Source of the DNA: Macrostomum lignano
Taxonomy: Eukaryota
Assembly: GCA_002269645.1 (NCBI GenBank)
Contig: NIVC01001295.1
Location: 62,001 to 126,000, forward strand
Direction of reading: 5' to 3'
Length of the DNA stretch: 64,000 nt
Shown here in pieces: positions 37,631 through 55,370 of the stretch (position 1 is its first letter; each line of letters starts with the position of its first letter). A program made the position numbers and the translations under genes. Below the pieces are notes generated by a model. The model was not told the origin of the DNA, ran no database searches, and saw only the letters and a list, made by a program, of their open reading frames with translations.

Positions 37631-37807
37631 TATTAGATCAGTTTTATAACTGCATGTGCTTGTTGAGATTCTTGGAGAGAAACGACGTGTAGGAAATAAT
37701 TCTCTTGGGAATCTGTTCAGGCTTTATCTTATTGGAAAGATACTTGCGAGGAACAAGGAAATTTCGTGTCGCATGCGATTGGAGGAAAAATTCCGGCATT
37801 ACTGCAG

Positions 37808-38143
37808 CAGGGGCGTCGCCATGGTGGGGGGACAAAGCCAAGAATTCTAGCTACATGTACGTCCATATACTCAAAATGGTTAGTCGCTGGGTATCTATCT
37901 AGGTATTTTCAGAATCGGTGTTGTCAGCTCTCTTTTTGGCGCTGCAGGCACTCATTAGCACCACAGGTACTAATTAGCGCCACAGGCACTCATTTTGGCG
38001 CCGCAGGTGCCTTGTTTTGTCGCCCTGCAGCAAAAGTTTTGATTTCCATAACGGGTCGCAAGGTGGGATGGGGGGACAAAGCATTTGCATGACACCTTCA
38101 TATCTTTTACTGGGGGACATGCCCCCCGGTGTAACGGCCCCTG
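37808..38143. mobile_element. MITE upstream of copy 3 (duplicate of 22922-23257)
   Basis: Near-identical sequence inside the segmental duplication. Confidence 0.75.
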
Positions 38144-38549
38144 AGTGGAAGGCTCTGTGGTTGCTATGCAGGAAATAAAGAAGCCATTCTGTCGCTACCA
38201 ATACTCGTCCGTTAGACCATATGTTTTTTTGCTTGAGCTGAGATGTTTTTTATCATAGAAAATGCAAAAGGATATTGAAAATGCTTTTAACATTTTCAGA
38301 TAGGCGTTAAACATTAGGAAAAGAAATTTAAGAATGGCTTGGCTTTGCAGTACCTTTTAATAGAAATACGAGTAAGTTGTTTCTAAGTTGGGTCTAAGTT
38401 TTAAAGTGACCTAATACAATCACGACTCAGATGTGGCTCAGTGGACGCTGCTAGTGGCTCTGAATCATTAATTTTTAGTTTCGACATCGTCAAGGCAAGA
38501 GCTGCTCTACAAACAACTTATATTCAATAATTCAAATGTCACGATTGCA

Positions 38550-40576
38550 TGGTCCGACCGGGCGTAGCTTGGTTGGGTGTTAAACCAGTGGGGCGTCGCT
38601 CTTGTGCGTTGGTACGGGGGGTGGTGGGCCTGGCCTTGGTCACGTGCCCGCGGCCTGGGTGGCGTTTATTTAATACGGTGCGGGCTGTCGCTGACCCGCC
38701 AAGCGCGTATTGATTTTTTTTCTCAATTTTTGCAATGGCTGACCGCGACAAACTTATGCACCTGAGCAAGGTGGCTCTGCTAGCCTTGTGTGCCAACGCT
38801 AACATAAGCAGTCGGGGCAACAAGGCCGACCTTGTCAGCGCCCTGCTCGCAGCCCCAGACCAGTCGTGGACAGATTCGCTGTTGCAGAACATGGAGCAAT
38901 CTGAGCAAGAAGCCGAAGCAGACGACAACATCAGTACGGAGGCGGCTCGGGAGTCGGCGGCGGGCCTGGACGAGGACATCGCGAAGGCGGAGAAGGAGAT
39001 CAGACTGTTGCAGCTACGCAAGGAAGCCGCTCAACTCAAGAGGGAGATCGGAGATCTGCAGCGCGAGTGTCCATCCACGCGTCCTATGAATCGCGGTGAG
39101 TGTGCCAAGCCTGCTGGCCCCAGTTACTTTCCTGATGGGTGTGATGATGCTGAATTAGACCAAGCAGATAATGGCAATGAGCTGCTTGACAGATTGTTGT
39201 CACAGAACAGGGCCAATGAACGGATGGAGTGTTCTGGTAGACGTAAGGCTCTCCTGGTTCGTGATTTCCTCGACGGCTTTGAGCAGGAAGAGGTGCTGGC
39301 TAATGGTTCTGGTGGCCGAATCACTTACAAGAGCAGAAAACCTAATCCAGATAGCATCACGGCAGCGCAGTATTTGGTAGGCAATTGCAGGCTGATGATG
39401 CAGATGATCAAGGATGGTGCCCTGGTGACTAGTAGAAATGGAACTGCCGACACGACTGATTTGATGAATTACTTACGCTACTCAATACAGATTGGCGAGC
39501 TGTTTGACGCGGGCTTCGGCCTTGCGCAGGTGAATCGTTTTGACGAGGACTACCGCACTAGGCAAGCTGAAACTGGCATGCGATGGGGCAAGGAGTCTTT
39601 CCAACTCGTTGCTAAGCACTTAATCAGAACTGGAACTCCAGCAAACCATGGAGTCAGCAAGTCATTGCCCCAGCCACGGCAGCAGCGTTTTCAAAAACCA
39701 ATAGACCCCAAGAGCCTCAGAACGCCAGACGGGGAAGAGATCTGCTTGCACTTTAATCGCCGGGGGTGCTTCCGGTCGAGCTGCAAATTCCGGCACGTAT
39801 GCCGCATCTGTTTCGAGGCCCACCCTGAGGCCAACCATTCGACAAAAAACTGAAGTCTGCGATGCTCTGTTTTAATCCTAAAATTTTGCCTAATGCTCAG
39901 CCTGCTTTAAATTTTAACAATCCTGTCGTTGGCAGTGCAGGGGGTCGCCTGCGTTTTTGTTCGTGGGATTCTGAGCTTGAGAATGACCCTGATCGGAATT
40001 TTATCCTAGACGGCATCGCAAATGGTTTTCGCATTACTGATGGCAAAGGGCTTTGTGAGACTTTTAATGCCAATTACATGTCTACTTCTGCTTTTCATCG
40101 CGCTGTTGAGCTGCAAATTAAAGAAGAGATTGAGAATGGCAGGTATTTGATTGTGCCTAAGAAGCCTACGATGGTCAGCCCTCTGGGAGCAATTCCCAAG
40201 GATAACGGGAAGGTTCGACTTATTCATGACTGCAGCACGCCTCCGGGCTACTCGGTAAATGACAACTATACGAAGAAGCTGAGCCCCAGGTTTGAGTCCG
40301 TCAAGAAGGTTGCTGCCTCTATCGGCAAGGGCTGGTTCATGGCAAAGCTTGATTTGTCGCAAGCTTACAGAAGCGTGGCGATCCATCCGGATGATTACCA
40401 GGCGACCGGCATTGGTTGGCGCTTTAAAGGCAACCGTGATCTGACATGGCTTGTCGACACCCGGCTACCCTTTGGTAGCTGCGCCTCGGTCGAGATTTTC
40501 TACCGGCTTAGTCAAGCGGTCAAGAGGATGATGGTGCGACGCGGCGTGGCCAATATTTCGGTTTACATGTTGAAAC
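38550..40576 (+). mobile_element. Truncated DIRS/Ngaro-like retroelement fragment (intact gag 38735-39853, partial RT from 39862) flanked by a 15-bp TSD
   Basis: Gag has an N-terminal SAP-like motif and a C-terminal CCCH/zinc-knuckle (ICLHFNRRGCFRSSCKFRHVCRIC...H). RT motifs SPLGAIPK, RLIHDCS.P.G.SVND, KLDLSQAYR and DTRLPFG; RT ends at ISVY before the DD. AATGTCACGATTGCA flanks both sides (38535-38549, 40577-40591); single copy at the empty site ~23649-23663. Confidence 0.8.
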
Positions 40577-40937
40577 AATGTCACGATTGCAAACTATTCA
40601 TCAATTTCCATCGGCAAACCGAAATAATGAAAATCAAACTTGAAGATTTGCTTTCGGGAAAACAATTTCTTTATTTGAACGTCTTTCTTTCTAGCACGCG
40701 CTGTCATCGCTTCGTTTTCTTCCTTTCGTTTTAGAATTAGCGCGCCCTGTGACGCTGACTTTTACCATCCTGACAGCGTATTTTGTTGTTGTTGTTGTCG
40801 TTTTAGAATGCTTATTTTGGGCAGTAGTTTGGTGGTTGTTCTTCCTCCTAAAGCAAAATATTGGCTAATTTTCAGTATATTCTTCAACCAGAAAAAGGCT
40901 GCTTCTAAAGCGTAAAAATTCGTCTGAAACGTTTACC

Positions 40938-41214
40938 CAGGAGCGGATTTAGGGGGGGCGGGGGGGACGGCCCCCCCCCCCCCCCAAAATAGCTTGACAG
41001 AACATATTGCGCCCCCCAAAAACCTGAGTTTGCGCCCCCTAAACTTGATTTTTCGCCCCCAAAAGACATTTTTTGTCGCCCCTAAGCTTGACTTTTCGCC
41101 CCATACACGCATTTTTGACGCCCCTAGCTTAAAAATTGGCGCCTCTTATACTCGTGTTGGCGCCCCAAACTTGGACCACCCCCCCCCCAAAATGAAAATC
41201 TAGATCCGCCACTG
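40938..41214. mobile_element. hAT-type GC-rich MITE (duplicate of 24010-24279)
   Basis: Same TIRs; TSD CGTTTACC at 40930-40937 and 41215-41222. Confidence 0.88.
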
Positions 41215-41393
41215 CGTTTACCCTTTGGGCTTTTATTCTAATGAAGCGATCGTTTCTATTTTCTACACCCAAGCCAGCCTCACCCAGGGCCACCTATTCC
41301 ATAGCGACGGGGCAGCAGGGAGGGCCCGGACCCCACGCCTCATCGGATGCACCACTGGGACTGACGATGTCGCTGAATAGCCTGGGATTCCAA

Positions 41394-42117
41394 TCCCAAA
41401 AAAAGGTAACACTTTGTGCGCTCACTGTGAGTGAGCAGTTAGGCCTATACCACAGTAATTTAACAGGTCCTTCCAGAGGCGAGTTATTGAGCACAGAAGT
41501 GTAGATTGGCTGGCCAATCGCTGTTAGCGGGGCCGGGGGGCTTGTCGTCGCCCGTGTTTGGGGGTGCTTGGTCCGGGGGTGGGTGCGCCGCCCCCGGGGC
41601 GGGGGTGGGTGTCTGTGGGGCCTTTTTAGCCCCGTGGGTTGTGCCTGCCTCAGGCTATCTCTCCTCGCCAGCTTGCATGCGTTTTTTTCTGCTTTTAGCC
41701 CCCTTTCTCGCAATTCCTGCAACTTCCTTTTTTCCTTTCGCTTCGTTTACCTTTTACTCTTCCAAATAGTTTTTTCGAATGCTTTCCAAATATACTCGTG
41801 TCTCGTAAATTGCCCATACAGGGCGGTAGGATGTTTTGCTCGTGCTCTCCAATCCTTGCCTTTGCTCTCTCCCTCCGGCCGTTCCGCTAAGTGTACGCTA
41901 GCTTTTCTGCCAAGCTTTGCCATACACAGCTGCCATAGACAATCTAAAAGCTAGCGTACACTTCTGTGCTCAATAACTCGCCTCTGGAGCAATTTTTCGC
42001 AACCAAATGTTTGTGGGAAAAACTTACAAATGTTTACTATGGACCTGTTAAATTACTGTGCTATATGCCTAACTGCTCACTCACAGTGAGCGCACAAAGT
42101 GTTACCTTTTTTGGGAC
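41394..42117. mobile_element. Non-autonomous DNA element with ~110-bp TIRs (TCCCAAAAAAGGTAACACTTTGTGCGCTCACTGTGAG...)
   Basis: 41394-41501 is the reverse complement of 41957-42117, the right TIR carrying a ~50-bp insertion. No transposase and no TSD. Confidence 0.8.
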
Positions 42118-42507
42118 ACCCGTTACAGAACTGTCAATCCCGCTTGCAGAGTCAAACGGGCACCACTCAGCTATTCTTTACTACATCATTATAATGTATC
42201 ATGCGGATTAAACTTGTGATAATCACTTGCAAAAATGTAATATCAATAGTCAATACACTTTGCATTGCGAAAATACTCTCATGCACTACATCTACAAGCG
42301 TATTAATTATCTACAATCTTCTGAAATCTTGCATGCACGGACTGGTTGAAAAATAGGGAAGCAGCTCCGCTGGGTAGGGGAGCCGAGCCGGCTCCAAAAA
42401 AAATTTAGAGTAGGAGTTTGGGCTGTGGGGATGGAGCCCCGCTAAGACAAACTTAAAGTAAGAGTTTGGGGTGTGGGGATGGAGCCCCCGCTAAGACAAA
42501 CTTAAAG

Positions 42508-42864
42508 GGGGGCCGTAGCCCAGCGGTAGCGCAGCTGCTCTGGTGTGCCAGCGACCCAGGCTCGATTCCAAGTGCAGCCACATTAATTTGGGGCTGAATT
42601 GGAATTTCGGCTTGGCTCGCCTGTGCAATTAACGGCCTTGAGAGCCAACCCCCCAAGGCGCAGTGAAGTGTACATGCCTAACAATTGATAAAGTTAGGGC
42701 CGCTGTACACTCCTGTGTGAGTGTGTGCCTGCGTAACGTATCCGCGCGCTTGTATGCCTGCTCAGGGGAGTCGGGCGGAATGGGCAGTAATGCCTCTCGC
42801 CGGTTGTGTGCCTATGTCGCCTAAAGTGCGCCAGGGTGCACACAACCCCCCTGCCTCTAAAAAA
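42508..42864 (+). mobile_element. tRNA-derived SINE (duplicate of 32334-32689)
   Basis: Same A and B boxes and same flanking duplication. Confidence 0.8.
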
Positions 42865-44184
42865 AAGACAAACTTAAAGTAAGAGTTTGGGGGCGTGGGG
42901 TGGGGTGGAGCCCCCGCTAAGACAAACTTAAAGTAAGAGTTTGGGGGCGTAGGTTGGGGTGGAGCCCCCTCTAAGACAAACTTAAAGTACAATAAGAGTT
43001 TGGGGGCGTGGGGTGGAGTCCCCGCCAAGGCAAACTTTAAGTAAGAGTTTGGGGGCGTGGTGGTGGAGTACCCGCCAAGGCAAACTTTAAGTAAGAGTTT
43101 GGGGGCGTTGGGGTGGAGTACCCGCCAAAGCAAACTTTAAGTAAGAGTTTGGGGGCGTGGGGGTAAAGTACCCGCCAAGGCAAACTTTAAGTAAGAGTTT
43201 GGGGGCGTGGGGTGGAGTCCCCGCCAGGGCAAACTTTAAGTAAGAGCTTGGGAGCGTGGGGGTGGAGTACCCGCCAAGGCAAACTTTAAATAAGAGTTGC
43301 GAGGAGTGTTGGGGCGGAGCGCACCACCAAGCCTAATTAAATTAATAGTTTTGGAGACTATATAATTCCGGTCATTACATTTGCTATTTGCTCCCACTTT
43401 AGCGGGAGCAATCTGGAATCATCTACTACTCGTAGTTTCCAAGGAAGTGAACGGACGCACGGGGTCTTGAACTCTTGCTCTCCGTTGGATGGCTTTTAGC
43501 TGTCATTTCCCTCTACTGTCGTCTCTGTTTTTCATTGTACTTTTAAAAACAAGTTCCAATTTTTTTAAAATAAAAAAGTGAAACAATACATTAAAATGAT
43601 CGTGTCTTTCTGAGCTACTTCAAGTAATGCATGCATGTTATTATTAGCTAGCTCGTATTAAAAATTGACAATTTTTTAGAACTTTTACTGACACATCATA
43701 TTGTTGCTAGTATTAGTAGTATTATCTCAGTAAAACTTTTTAGTAATACGCACGTACAGCACTAGGAAAGCAATATGGCTGCTCCTTCCGGTGTGCAACA
43801 AAGCGTGATACATTGATAAAACAGGCTAACAGGTGCTATTCACAGGGGTGTCGACATTGATTTTATGGTGGGGGACAAAGAAATAAATTTTACTTGTACA
43901 TGCACATGACTGAATTCCTCTATTTACATGATTTTGAGAATCGGTATTGTCAGCACTCATTTTAGCGTCACAATTGCTAAACTTTAGCGCTCTGAAACAA
44001 ATCTATTGCTTTACTCAACGGGTAATAAGGTGGGGTGAGGGACAAAACATTATCATGTCCCCCATAGCTCATACTGGAGGGGGACATCTCCCCCCTGTCC
44101 TACCCGGTGGCGACGCCCCTGGCTGTTCTTAAACTTGCAATTCAGAAGATGCTAAATGTACGAGTACTAACTCCACAGTCCACG

Positions 44185-45301
44185 GAAAGGCGCTTGACTC
44201 GGTGTTGAGAGCCGCTCTCCCCTTTGTCCTTCGAGCCTACCGGGTGCCCCAGCAGCTAATCGACGCTGTCATGGCGCTGTATTGCGATACTCGAGCTGCT
44301 GTGGTGACGGCGGACGGCCTGTCTGACCTGTTCGACACTTCATCAGGAGTTCTGCAGGGAGACACTTTGGCGCCGTTCCTCTTCGTGCTGCTCCTGGACT
44401 GGGTGCTTCGGACCGCACTCCCCTCGGCTAATGACGGCTTCCTGCTGCGCAGACGCATCGGTCGCCGCCACGGCGAAAAGCGCCTAAGCGTGCTTGGCTA
44501 CGCCGACGATCTCGCCCTACTGTCCTCGTCTGTTGAAGGCGCCCAGCGCCAGATCGACAGGTTGGTCGAGGTAGCATCGAGCGTCGGTCTGGTTGTCAAC
44601 ACGCTGAAGACCGAGGTGCTGACTGTGCCGGCCGACATCCCAGCAGACCTGACATGCCGCGGCGCAGACGGGCAGACGACCAGGCTCGCACGCTGCCAGC
44701 GGTTCACCTACCTCGGCGGTCTGGTGCTTCAAGTGGAGGAAGACCTCCGGCGGCGCAGAGGACTTGCCTGGGCGGCCTTTCGTTCGATCCGAGCCGTCCT
44801 CCAGTCTGAAGCGCTGCCCGACCGCCAGAGGGCTCGGCTGTGGCAGGCGGTGGTCGAAACAGTCCTGCTCTACAACGCCGAGACGTGGACGCTGACGGCT
44901 ACGCTGGAGCGGCAGCTGGACTCGGCGCACTCAGGGCTGCTCCGTGCGGCCTTTCGAGCTGACGAGAGCGTCGGGACCGAGGCCCTGTACGATCGGGCCA
45001 AGCTGCAGCGCCCGTCCATCATCCTGCTCCGATGGCGACTCCAACTGGCGGGCCACGTGATCCGGGCCGAGGGCTACTGCCCCCAACCTGTTCAGGACGT
45101 CCTGCTGCTCACCTTGCAGGGCCCGTTCAGGCGGGGTCAGGCCCGAACCCGTCGATACGTGGACTGCCTGCTGTGCGACGCTGGGGCGCCCGACACTGCT
45201 AACGGAGCGGACTTCGTTCGCTCCCAGGCTCTGCGGCGCGCCATCTGACGCGCCCTGCTCTAACTGACTTTGCACGCGGGGCCGCGTATTTTGTTGTTGT
45301 T
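44185..45301 (+). mobile_element. 5'-truncated RTE retrotransposon, open RT fragment 44202-45248
   Basis: 348-aa ORF with QGD, YADD and YLG motifs; (TTG)n tail. Confidence 0.9.
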
Positions 45302-45817
45302 GTACAGTCGGAACACGAAAGAAGCCAGACGCGAACACAAATATGAGAGAGCGATCAAAAATGCCCCAAAGACTTGCGACAGTTAAAACCAAGGAGTTCT
45401 ATAATTAGCAATCATAGATTATTAGTTTAACGCGAAGAGTATAAAAAGCGATCGCAAACAACTAAAGGAAAAGAAAAACTTGACTAAAAGACAAGCTTGT
45501 ATAAATAAGGATAAATGAGACCACAAAAGATTAAAAAAATTAAATCCAACACAGACAGACAAAGCCAACTGAATCAACGCGAAAAGGCCTTGAAATCAGA
45601 TCAGGCAGATAGGCGCAAAAGGGAGGGGCACGACGGAGGGAGAGAAAGTGTACAAGGCTTGGCTCCGGAAAACAAAGCTTGGTAAAGAAATTAGAAATTT
45701 TCTAAGGTATATTTGAATGTTTAAACTCTTGCTAAATAGTTTATCGATAAATGGTTCGTTTTCAGTAAATTAGTTGTCGATGCCATTTCTGCGCTCTTTC
45801 GTCTTCTAATTTTTGCA

Positions 45818-46967
45818 TCACAGGCTGCACGCACTCCGCAGCTGGTCGAACTGGGCCGCATCGAGGTTGCCAGTCAGCAGAGCCCAGCACTGCAGCCAGC
45901 CGTCGAACGGTTGGATTGCGGCTGACATGCAGCTGCCGATCAGAAGGTTGTTGTGAATGTTGGAAAAATTGCCTCCTCCGGAAAAAACCATCGACATATG
46001 AATAGACTTCATCATGGATCCATTGTAGTAGGCGTTGGATGAGAAGGTCATACCTACGAAGTTGATTCCAAAGCTCGTCAGCCGCTCGACTGAGTCTCCA
46101 GCACAGCCACTTGCCCAGGTCATTAAGGAACTACTGAGAGTACCAGAAGCAAACTGGACCTTAGCAGTGATGTTGCCGTCGCTTTTTATGTACAAATTAG
46201 TTGGGGTTGTTGGATTGTTGACATCGAGAAACGAGCTGATGCACTTGTCGCTGAAACATTGTGCACGGCTGATCGAATGTTCGTAAATAAATCCTTTTTT
46301 GATAGAAACCTAATTATTCAGTCATATACATAAATACTCACACAGAGTTGCAGGAAAACTTTCCCTGAAAGAACATGCTGTACTGCTTCCCAAATGCAAA
46401 GTATTTGCTGAATCCGGCAGTCGAGACTTTCACGTAGGAGCCGCTCGAGCCCTGCAGACGAACTCCATCGACTGGACTCTGCTCGGTGACGTTCACTGGT
46501 TCCGCCTGGTAAACTGATTGGTTGACGAAGTTTTTGAAGCTCTTCTTGAAGTTGTACCACAGCACGAAATTCGAGGACAAGTTCTGGATGACCGAAGCTT
46601 CCGACAGCGAGCTCGCAGGAGTGGCAGAAGTTGGCGCGCTCGGACCTACGGAGACTTCAGAAGCCAGCAGTTTTCTTCTAGTGACCATCCGGGACCCGCA
46701 GCTCCCGGTCGATGGCGGCATCGCAGACAACCTGTAGCAGACGGCTCTGTCTGTCAGGTACACAGACAGGCGACACTTGCTGCTGATAGTGCAGAGCAGC
46801 GAGCACTCGGGCTCACTTTGGGCGGCCACAGCCTCAGCATTCACAGGCTCGGTGGGGCAGTCGCTGGTCAGCAACTCAAACACTGCGGAGACGTGCTCGA
46901 GTGCGACCGACTGGCACAGCACCAGCGAAAAGGCACAGGCAGTGAGCCAAATGACGGATGACTTCAT
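45818..46967 (-). CDS. Secreted PAN/Apple + LamG-like protein, copy 4 (352 aa); exons 46967-46342 and 46250-45818
   Basis: 91-nt phase-2 intron GTGAGT...tttcAG; both exons open. Confidence 0.85.
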
Positions 46968-48263
46968 TTTTTGATCTGCTTTAGAATTTTAGGAATGGTG
47001 TGTAGGAAGTGACGCTCCTAGGAATTTATCCAGACTTTTATCTTATTGGAAAGATATCTTGAGGGAGACAAGGAATTTTGTGTCGCATGCGATTGGAGGA
47101 GAAGTTTCGGAATTAGTGGCAGGCTTTGTGGTTGCTATGCAGGAAATCATGAAGCCATAACTCCTGACAAACTGTTTAACAATTTCCACGAGTTAGACAA
47201 TTGCACGATTTCCACGAAGCCGAAGCGTTCGCTTCTTCTTTCTACTCCCAGCCAGTCTTACACAGGGCCACCCATTCAATGGAGACGGGGGACTGTTGCA
47301 GGGATTGACAAGCAGTTTTTCACCATCATGCAGGCTGGGCCTTAGAGCCTTTGCCTCGTATGGTGCCTGTGGTCGGTTCGGTCTCCCATTCCACAATAGA
47401 TTCACCCAGGCGTACAAGCGTTGCTCTAAGTCTGTATAGCCGCTGTTCTGACGATCCTACAAAGGAGCAAAACAAAGGCAAAACATTTGCAGAATGTACA
47501 ACAAAATAACAAGTACAGAAAGCATTACACTTTGACACCCCGCCTCACCGGATGCGCCACTAGGACTACGATGTCACTGGATAGCCTGGGATTCCAACCC
47601 CTACCCGCAATTGAGTTTGCTCAACAAAACCCGGCTCAGCGCTCTGTTTAGAGAGCAAATCAAATTCCTGCAATTTTTCGAAACTTCCGGAATCAAACGG
47701 GATGGGATTTCTGTTGATTTGGTTTCAACTCTTCCCGTTTGTGCTATGATATGGTTTCCTGCAATGTTTTGAAACCTAGTCCTTGTCAACGGAGAATAAT
47801 GCAAGCTATCCAGATAGTGAGAAATATGTTTCTTTGTTTTCTATTTCCACTATGCAGCTCCTGCATTGAGTCAACAGATGGCTGTCTGAAAGCCGAAAGC
47901 CGGTCAGAATCTGTATAGAAAGTTTTCGCAAATTTTGCAAGAAATCTCTAGCCATGGTCTATTACTATGAGTCCTGATTCAGTGGAGAATGCATTGCATA
48001 ACGCTTTTTTGCTAATAAGATTCCACTGTCAACTTTATTCAGCAAGAAGTAAAGGAAACGTATAAGCAATCGCATGTCGTACCCAGCCAGTAATCGGCAA
48101 TAACTGTAATGTATTGTATTGTACTAATTACACTTGTGACAAACGCATGCTAAAAGTATAAAATACGCATAGTTAATACACCTTCTTGCAATGTTTGGGC
48201 TGGTGTCATGAGCATCAGTTTCCGACGATCAGCTCTGGGTCCGGTTCCGGGGTGGCTTCTAAG

Positions 48264-53872
<5,609 letters not shown>

Positions 53873-54470
53873 CGGGAGAGCTGATTTTTGCTGAAAGCTC
53901 ACTTTTTTAAACTGTTTTCTATTGTACTCGTACTATTAAGTCTCTCTGTTATCGAGTAAGTCTGCAAGACTACTCAGCATTGCTGAAATGAGTGAATTGG
54001 TTAGCGTATTTTGTTGTATCTTTGTTAATTTAAACACAAAATATCTGCTGTGTAATATCAATATAGAATGCCCATTTTGCTTTTTGTGGGGGATATTGCA
54101 GGTTTAGCAATTCAACTTGACAAGCTGCCTGTGTTGCCTAACACAGTTAAGTACGGTACACTCGGTGCGTACAGTGTCCAATCTGTCTGCGTGAGGGTTG
54201 CCGACCTGAACGGGTGTGAAGGGCGGAGCCTGTGTACATTCACAGGCGTACCCCTCGTAACGGCGGGTACAGCTGTTGACTGCAGCGGGACATGCGCCTG
54301 AGTACATTTTAGTGTACAGAGCGATAGCGACTGACTGACGCATTCTGGATTTTATATGGGGCTCTTCCACAGACCAGGGTTTGGAGTTCGAACTTTTTCA
54401 CGAATCTTAACGTTGTAGCATTCAAACAATATCAGTATATAACTCGGTAGAGATGTTTCTGTATATATAC

Positions 54471-54978
54471 AACAACAACAACAACAACAAAATACGCTGT
54501 CATGATGGTAAAAGTCAGCGTCACAGGGCGCGCTTCATGGCTTGGGCGCGAACAAAGGCCGCGCCACCGGCAGTGTCCGGGGCGCCGGCGTCAGCCAGCA
54601 GACAGTCGACATAACGCCGAGTTCGCGCTTGACCTCGCCGGTAGGGTGCCTGCAGCGTGAGCAGCAGCACCTCCTGCACCGGCTGTGGGCAGTACGACTC
54701 GGCGCGGATGAGATGGCCTGCGAGCTGGAGTCGCCGACGGCGCAGTAGATCACTTGGACGTGGCAGGCCAGCGCGGCGATAGAGTGCCGCGTTGGTGACT
54801 CGCTCGACGCCGATGTTGAAGGCAGTCCTGCAGTCCGAGGCCCTACCGGACCGCCAGAGGGCGGCGCTGTTCCAGGCGGTAATCGAGACCGTCCTGCTGT
54901 ACAACGCCGAGACCTGGACGCTGACGGACTCACTCGAACAGCAAGTCGATGCGGCGCACGCTGGTCTGCTGCGCGCCG
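54471..54978 (-). mobile_element. RTE retrotransposon 3' fragment with inverted 5' segment and 11-bp TSD
   Basis: Minus strand from ~54823 down encodes AFNIGVERVTN...AMKRAL plus a (TTG)n tail. Plus strand 54821-54978 encodes the immediately preceding RT segment AVLQSE...AGLLRA. TSD TGTATATATAC at 54460-54470 and 54979-54989. Confidence 0.85.
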
Positions 54979-55019
54979 TGTATATATACATCATTTAAAT
55001 AAACGAACTCAAAGCCAAC

Positions 55020-55370
55020 ACACAGAGCTAACATCTATCTCAATGCTAGCACACCTCAGAGCTAGCATCTATCTCAATGCTAAGATCTCAGAGCTAACAT
55101 CTAACTCAATGCTAAGATCTCAGAGCTAACATTTATCTCAATGCTAAGATCTCAGAGCTAACATCTCAGAGCTAACATCTATCTCAATGCTAAGATCTCA
55201 GAGCTAAGATCTCAGAGATAAAATCTCAGAGATAACATCTCAGTGCTAAGATCTCAATGCTAAGATCTCAGAGCTAACATCTAACTCAATGCTAAGATCT
55301 CAGAGCTAACATCTATCTCAATGCTAAGATCTCAGTGCTAAGATCTCAGTGCTAAGGTCTCAGAGCTCAA
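55020..55370. repeat. Compound minisatellite of 14/18-bp subunits (ctcagagctaacatctatctcaatgctaagat)
   Basis: Direct reading. Confidence 0.85.

Noticed and set aside
38735-39853. Domesticated gag gene
   Set aside because: The insertion post-dates a near-identical duplication, so an intact ORF is expected without selection.
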